Below are positions 17,056 through 20,000 of a DNA stretch of 20,000 nucleotides, one piece after another. Both the position numbers and the translations under genes were made by a program. The stretch's first letter is position 1. The number at the start of each line of letters is the position of its first letter. Source of the DNA: an uncultured virus (IMG/VR IMGVR_UViG_2061766007_002377) (taxonomy: Duplodnaviria; Heunggongvirae; Uroviricota; Caudoviricetes). The DNA lies in IMG/VR virus record IMGVR_UViG_2061766007_002377; one strand, given 5' to 3'. The notes beneath the pieces were generated by a model, which was given only the letters and a program-made list of their open reading frames with translations, was not told where the DNA came from and searched no databases.

Positions 17056-17245
17056 AAAGCAGAATACCTATGTTTTGCCGAAGCTCCTCAAAGTCCTCGT
17101 CTAACACTTCATGCAGTTCTTCACACTCACGTTCTGTCAAGTTGTCAACAATGTGTTCTCTAAGACGTCTCACGACCTTGTTGTAACTTTTGACAAGATT
17201 ATATCTCATTCCATTCATGCTTACTGTCATTGTTTGTTCTGCCAT
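16964..17245 (-). CDS. Hypothetical protein
   Basis: GGAGG RBS; helical N-terminal two thirds; C-terminus overlaps the next ORF. Confidence 0.5.
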   Translation of the reverse strand: MAEQTMTVSMNGMRYNLVKSYNKVVRRLREHIVDNLTERECEELHEVLDEDFEELRQNIGILLCVFGCTGKRKPDRHNQERIKLVRYSYKAQT

Positions 17246-17279
17246 TTTTTCTTCCCCTCCAAAACTTTTCCACAGCCTT

Positions 17280-17960
17280 TTAGACGCCCTCTTTCTGTGC
17301 CATCAGCATGGCTCTCTTATCCGATGCAATCTTCATGGCGTGTTCCTTGTCTTTGGCAAAGACAAACATACCCCAGATTGTGCCATCCTTGTTATCCCAA
17401 TGGGTTCCCCTCACGGCATATTCAATGCCGTCTTCCCTTACCGTGCCTTTTTCAAAGTTCACAAAGTACGCAGTCAGTGTTTCATTAATGGGTTTCCCAT
17501 CTTCGTATTCCTCGATGTCGCACTTTTCATAGCCCTCTTCCCTGTTTATGCGCTCTGCAATCTTCTCGGCAACAGTTCTGTCTGAACATACGGCAACAAT
17601 GCGATAGTCAGAATACTCGCCTCTTGTGACAACATAATGCTTTGCACACTCCTGTTTGTCCTGTCCGTATTCCTGTTTGTTGGGAATAAGGTACAGAATT
17701 TCATCGTTTGCCGTAGTATTGAGAAGATACTCACATTCAAGATTGCTCTGAAGCAAGCGGTAATCCCACGTTGATATGTGGCCCGTATAATCAACGGAGT
17801 AATCGCCGTCTTTCCAATCAAGTGTCATTGAACACTCATCTCCGTTCTCGTATGAGTAACGACCGCAAATGCCGTTAATCTTTACAGGAACACACTCGGA
17901 TTCCCTGTGCGGAAAAAGAGCCTTGAACTCGTGCTTTGATATTAGCTTTATGAATTTCAT
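17280..17960 (-). CDS. Phage hypothetical protein (two-domain)
   Basis: GGAGG RBS before ATG 17960; C-terminal YVVTRGEYSDYRIVAVCS...IEEYE motif typical of small phage proteins. Confidence 0.65.
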   Translation of the reverse strand: MKFIKLISKHEFKALFPHRESECVPVKINGICGRYSYENGDECSMTLDWKDGDYSVDYTGHISTWDYRLLQSNLECEYLLNTTANDEILYLIPNKQEYGQDKQECAKHYVVTRGEYSDYRIVAVCSDRTVAEKIAERINREEGYEKCDIEEYEDGKPINETLTAYFVNFEKGTVREDGIEYAVRGTHWDNKDGTIWGMFVFAKDKEHAMKIASDKRAMLMAQKEGV

Positions 17961-17972
17961 GCCCTTGCCTCC
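17957..17972 (-). repeat. 16-bp direct repeat, copy 1 (GGAGGCAAGGGCATGA)
   Basis: Identical to 18579-18594; contains RBS and ATG. Confidence 0.8.
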
Positions 17973-18400
17973 TACGCATACCACTTGTCCGTGTTCTCAA
18001 ATATCTCCACGCCTTCTCCGTAGCCAAGAGCTTTGAGTGTTTCGCACATCAGATTGTCCATAGGCCCATGCGCAGATTCAACGTAATTCATCTCGGAAAG
18101 TTCTCGCATCTTCTCGGCAAACTCCTGCGGTGTGAGAACACTGCTTGTCATGCGTTTGTCACCAAGCCATGTGACGGAAATGCCACAGATGTAAGTACCG
18201 CCATGCTCGTTGTCGCTTATATTCTCATTGAAACAAGTGACAACTACTTCATCGCCGACCTGAACATCATCTCTTGACCATGTTGCGCCCATTGTCATGT
18301 GGATGTAGGTGTCATCGATAACAAGATTTCTGAAAACGGTTCCATGCTTCTTAACCGGACAGATTTCCTTGATAACGCCCTGAATTGTGTAGTAGTCCAT
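17972..18400 (-). CDS. Phage hypothetical protein
   Basis: GGAGGT RBS before ATG 18400; C-terminal TPQEFAEKM...AH..MDNLMCETLKALGYGEGVEIF..KWYA motif. Confidence 0.65.
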   Translation of the reverse strand: MDYYTIQGVIKEICPVKKHGTVFRNLVIDDTYIHMTMGATWSRDDVQVGDEVVVTCFNENISDNEHGGTYICGISVTWLGDKRMTSSVLTPQEFAEKMRELSEMNYVESAHGPMDNLMCETLKALGYGEGVEIFENTDKWYA

Positions 18401-18582
18401 TATCCCTTTACCTCCCTGATGGAATTGCGGTTCATATAATCCTTGCCCATGGACTCCATCATTTTTTCCCATGCAACAATTCTTCCCCATGCAAGCCTGC
18501 TATGTTCACGCATCCTGGCAATAGTTTTGCACCGCCTTTTAGCCTTCCTGTTTGCTTTCTTCATTGTAGGGTAGATAATCAT
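18400..18582 (-). CDS. Small basic hypothetical protein
   Basis: GGAGG RBS; TAATG overlap with the next gene. Confidence 0.55.
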   Translation of the reverse strand: MIIYPTMKKANRKAKRRCKTIARMREHSRLAWGRIVAWEKMMESMGKDYMNRNSIREVKG

Positions 18583-18594
18583 GCCCTTGCCTCC
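18579..18594 (-). repeat. 16-bp direct repeat, copy 2
   Basis: Identical to 17957-17972. Confidence 0.8.
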
Positions 18595-18898
18595 CTTGCC
18601 TTTGCCTTGCTTCCGACAAACAAGCCTTTGTCTGTCTGTATCATCTCTGATATGTCCTTGACCGCCTGCATACCTACAAGCTGCGGAAAACGCTCTCCTG
18701 TGTCACGGATCGTGATAAGGCTGTTGTTGAACAGGACATAGCCTACCTTGTGTCCCTGCGCCCAGAAAGTCTTGTTTCCGTCTGCGGTNNNNNNNNNNGC
18801 GGATCGTGATAAGACTGCCGTTGAAAAGAACGTAGCCTACCTTGTGTCCCTGCGCCCAGAAAGTCTTGTTTCCGTCTGCGGTNNNNNNNNNNAGTCAT
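18579..18898 (-). CDS. Hypothetical protein broken by assembly gaps (not in the ORF track)
   Basis: GGAGG RBS and ATG at 18898; after the gaps it reads TADGNKTFWAQGHKVGYVLFNNSLITIRDTGERFPQ...AREARA* with an ATGA overlap at 18579-18582. Confidence 0.55.
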
Positions 18899-19119
18899 GT
18901 TTCCTCCAAAGTGTTTTGGGCAGGTTTTAGAGGAAGTTTGTTCAGCATTGCTTTTACAAGACCCTGGCACTTATGCTCTCCCTCGCAAGCTTTGTAAAGA
19001 GGACATTTTCTACTACACTCTCCGTGCATAGAAAGAATGTTGCATAGATCCAAGTCAGAGAAATGGGACTCAAGGTAGGTTGTGAACTTTCTGTTGTTCT
19101 TTCCAACCTCTCGCATCAT
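18895..19119 (-). CDS. Small Cys-rich hypothetical protein; start uncertain
   Basis: C-x8-C-x3-CPLY-x2-C-x5-C; ATGA overlap with the downstream gene. Confidence 0.45.
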   Translation of the reverse strand: MMREVGKNNRKFTTYLESHFSDLDLCNILSMHGECSRKCPLYKACEGEHKCQGLVKAMLNKLPLKPAQNTLEET

Positions 19120-19133
19120 TTCGGAATGTTTGT

Positions 19134-19304
19134 TTACTTTCGGTCTTCCAGGAAAGTCCTTCNNNNNNNNNNNNNNNNNNNNNNAGACATACCAAGCTCG
19201 TTAGCTGCATCTCGCTCTGTAATCTCGCCTGCATAGACTTTCTCTGCGAGTTCATAGTATCTTTTCGGTCTTTCGGTCTTAACTGGTCTTCCAAGTTTAG
19301 CCAT
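19134..19304 (-). CDS. Small helix-turn-helix DNA-binding protein (not in the ORF track; 3' end uncertain because of Ns, may extend to 19070)
   Basis: GGAGGT RBS, ATG 19304: MAKLGRPVKTERPKRYYELAEKVYAGEITERDAANELGMS then Ns. GRP arm plus AAxxLGMS HTH pattern. Confidence 0.6.
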   Translation of the reverse strand: MAKLGRPVKTERPKRYYELAEKVYAGEITERDAANELGMSXXXXXXXXRTFLEDRK

Positions 19305-19986
19305 TTAATTTTACCTCCCTTCTGTGTGTAGGGGAAACGCTAATAAGTGCATCCTCTGCATAAATCCACCTTTGGACAAACAGTTCCCTAAAGGGATAAA
19401 CCGTTTCCTCGTCATAATCACTATTGAGAACTATGTTCCAATCTGCCATTGCAAGCAGCACTTCTTCGGCATACTCAAATACCTCTACAAAGTCCTCGGC
19501 AGGCAATTCGGAATAGCCTAAAACAAGATTAACAACCTTAAATGGGACTTTTAGAGCCTGTGCCGTATCGAGCTTATTAACACCAAATAAGGCAGCAAAA
19601 GTTTCTCCCATCCTTTTAGTGGTACAGAGGGCAGAATATTCCCATTCATACCACCATTCGACCTTGCCAATATCCAGGCTAGGATCTGCAATGCTTGCAA
19701 TTCCCTTGCCGGGGTAATCACGGCAAATTGCTGAAAAGGCATTTCTTATCCTCCTTGCATCCGATGAATCGACCCAAATGCAAATCTCTTTGAACTTCGA
19801 TGCTCTGACATCCGTATCAGACAAGACCCTCAAATCGGTCTTGAAGTCCATCATGAAGTCATACAAGGCTACACTTCGACCAAGCAGAGCTTCTGCCTTA
19901 TCCGTGGTATCAAATCCTCTTTTAGTGAACTTCAGCATCCCATAACCCTTGTTATTCGGCTGAAACAAATCGTCAAATCGTGACAT
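19297..19986 (-). CDS. Hypothetical protein (229 aa)
   Basis: AAGGAG RBS; long ORF; no motif recognised. Confidence 0.7.
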   Translation of the reverse strand: MSRFDDLFQPNNKGYGMLKFTKRGFDTTDKAEALLGRSVALYDFMMDFKTDLRVLSDTDVRASKFKEICIWVDSSDARRIRNAFSAICRDYPGKGIASIADPSLDIGKVEWWYEWEYSALCTTKRMGETFAALFGVNKLDTAQALKVPFKVVNLVLGYSELPAEDFVEVFEYAEEVLLAMADWNIVLNSDYDEETVYPFRELFVQRWIYAEDALISVSPTHRREVKLNG

Positions 19987-20000
19987 TCTTTATCTCCTTT

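Noticed and set aside
18707..18882. Tandem duplication of about 80 bp with several mismatches, a possible DGR TR/VR pair or repeat array
   Set aside because: Both copies abut 10-N gaps. The differences are mostly synonymous third-position changes (TAT/TAC, GTC/GTT, CTG/CTT, AGC/AGT, CGT/CGC), not A-specific. Best explained as two strain alleles scaffolded in tandem.

Overview
Segment of a tailed-phage (or prophage) genome of a probably diderm host, possibly a spirochaete (inference only). The + strand late region holds the end of a tape-measure gene, a tail-tip gene, a long tail fibre ending in a tail-collar domain, a holin/spanin-like lysis cluster and a second receptor-binding-like protein with two (Ig + C-type-lectin-like) modules. 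The - strand from 14970 to 19986 holds an outer-membrane beta-barrel gene and small early-type genes. Main result: 6862-9493 is a multi-cassette tail-fibre-tip shufflon. Eight copies of a 17-bp site (TAAGAAACATTACTGGA, read as R-N-I-T-G) occur in mixed orientations. Each starts a different 71-89 aa fibre C-terminus ending PYNxxxLP(L/V)IxY*; one is fused to the fibre gene and seven are silent. A fibre-assembly chaperone gene lies inside the array and an intact 258-aa tyrosine recombinase lies directly beside it. The second adhesin ends in a segment with the codon signature of a DGR variable region, but no template repeat or reverse transcriptase is in the window. All product calls come from motif recognition by eye; no database searches were run.
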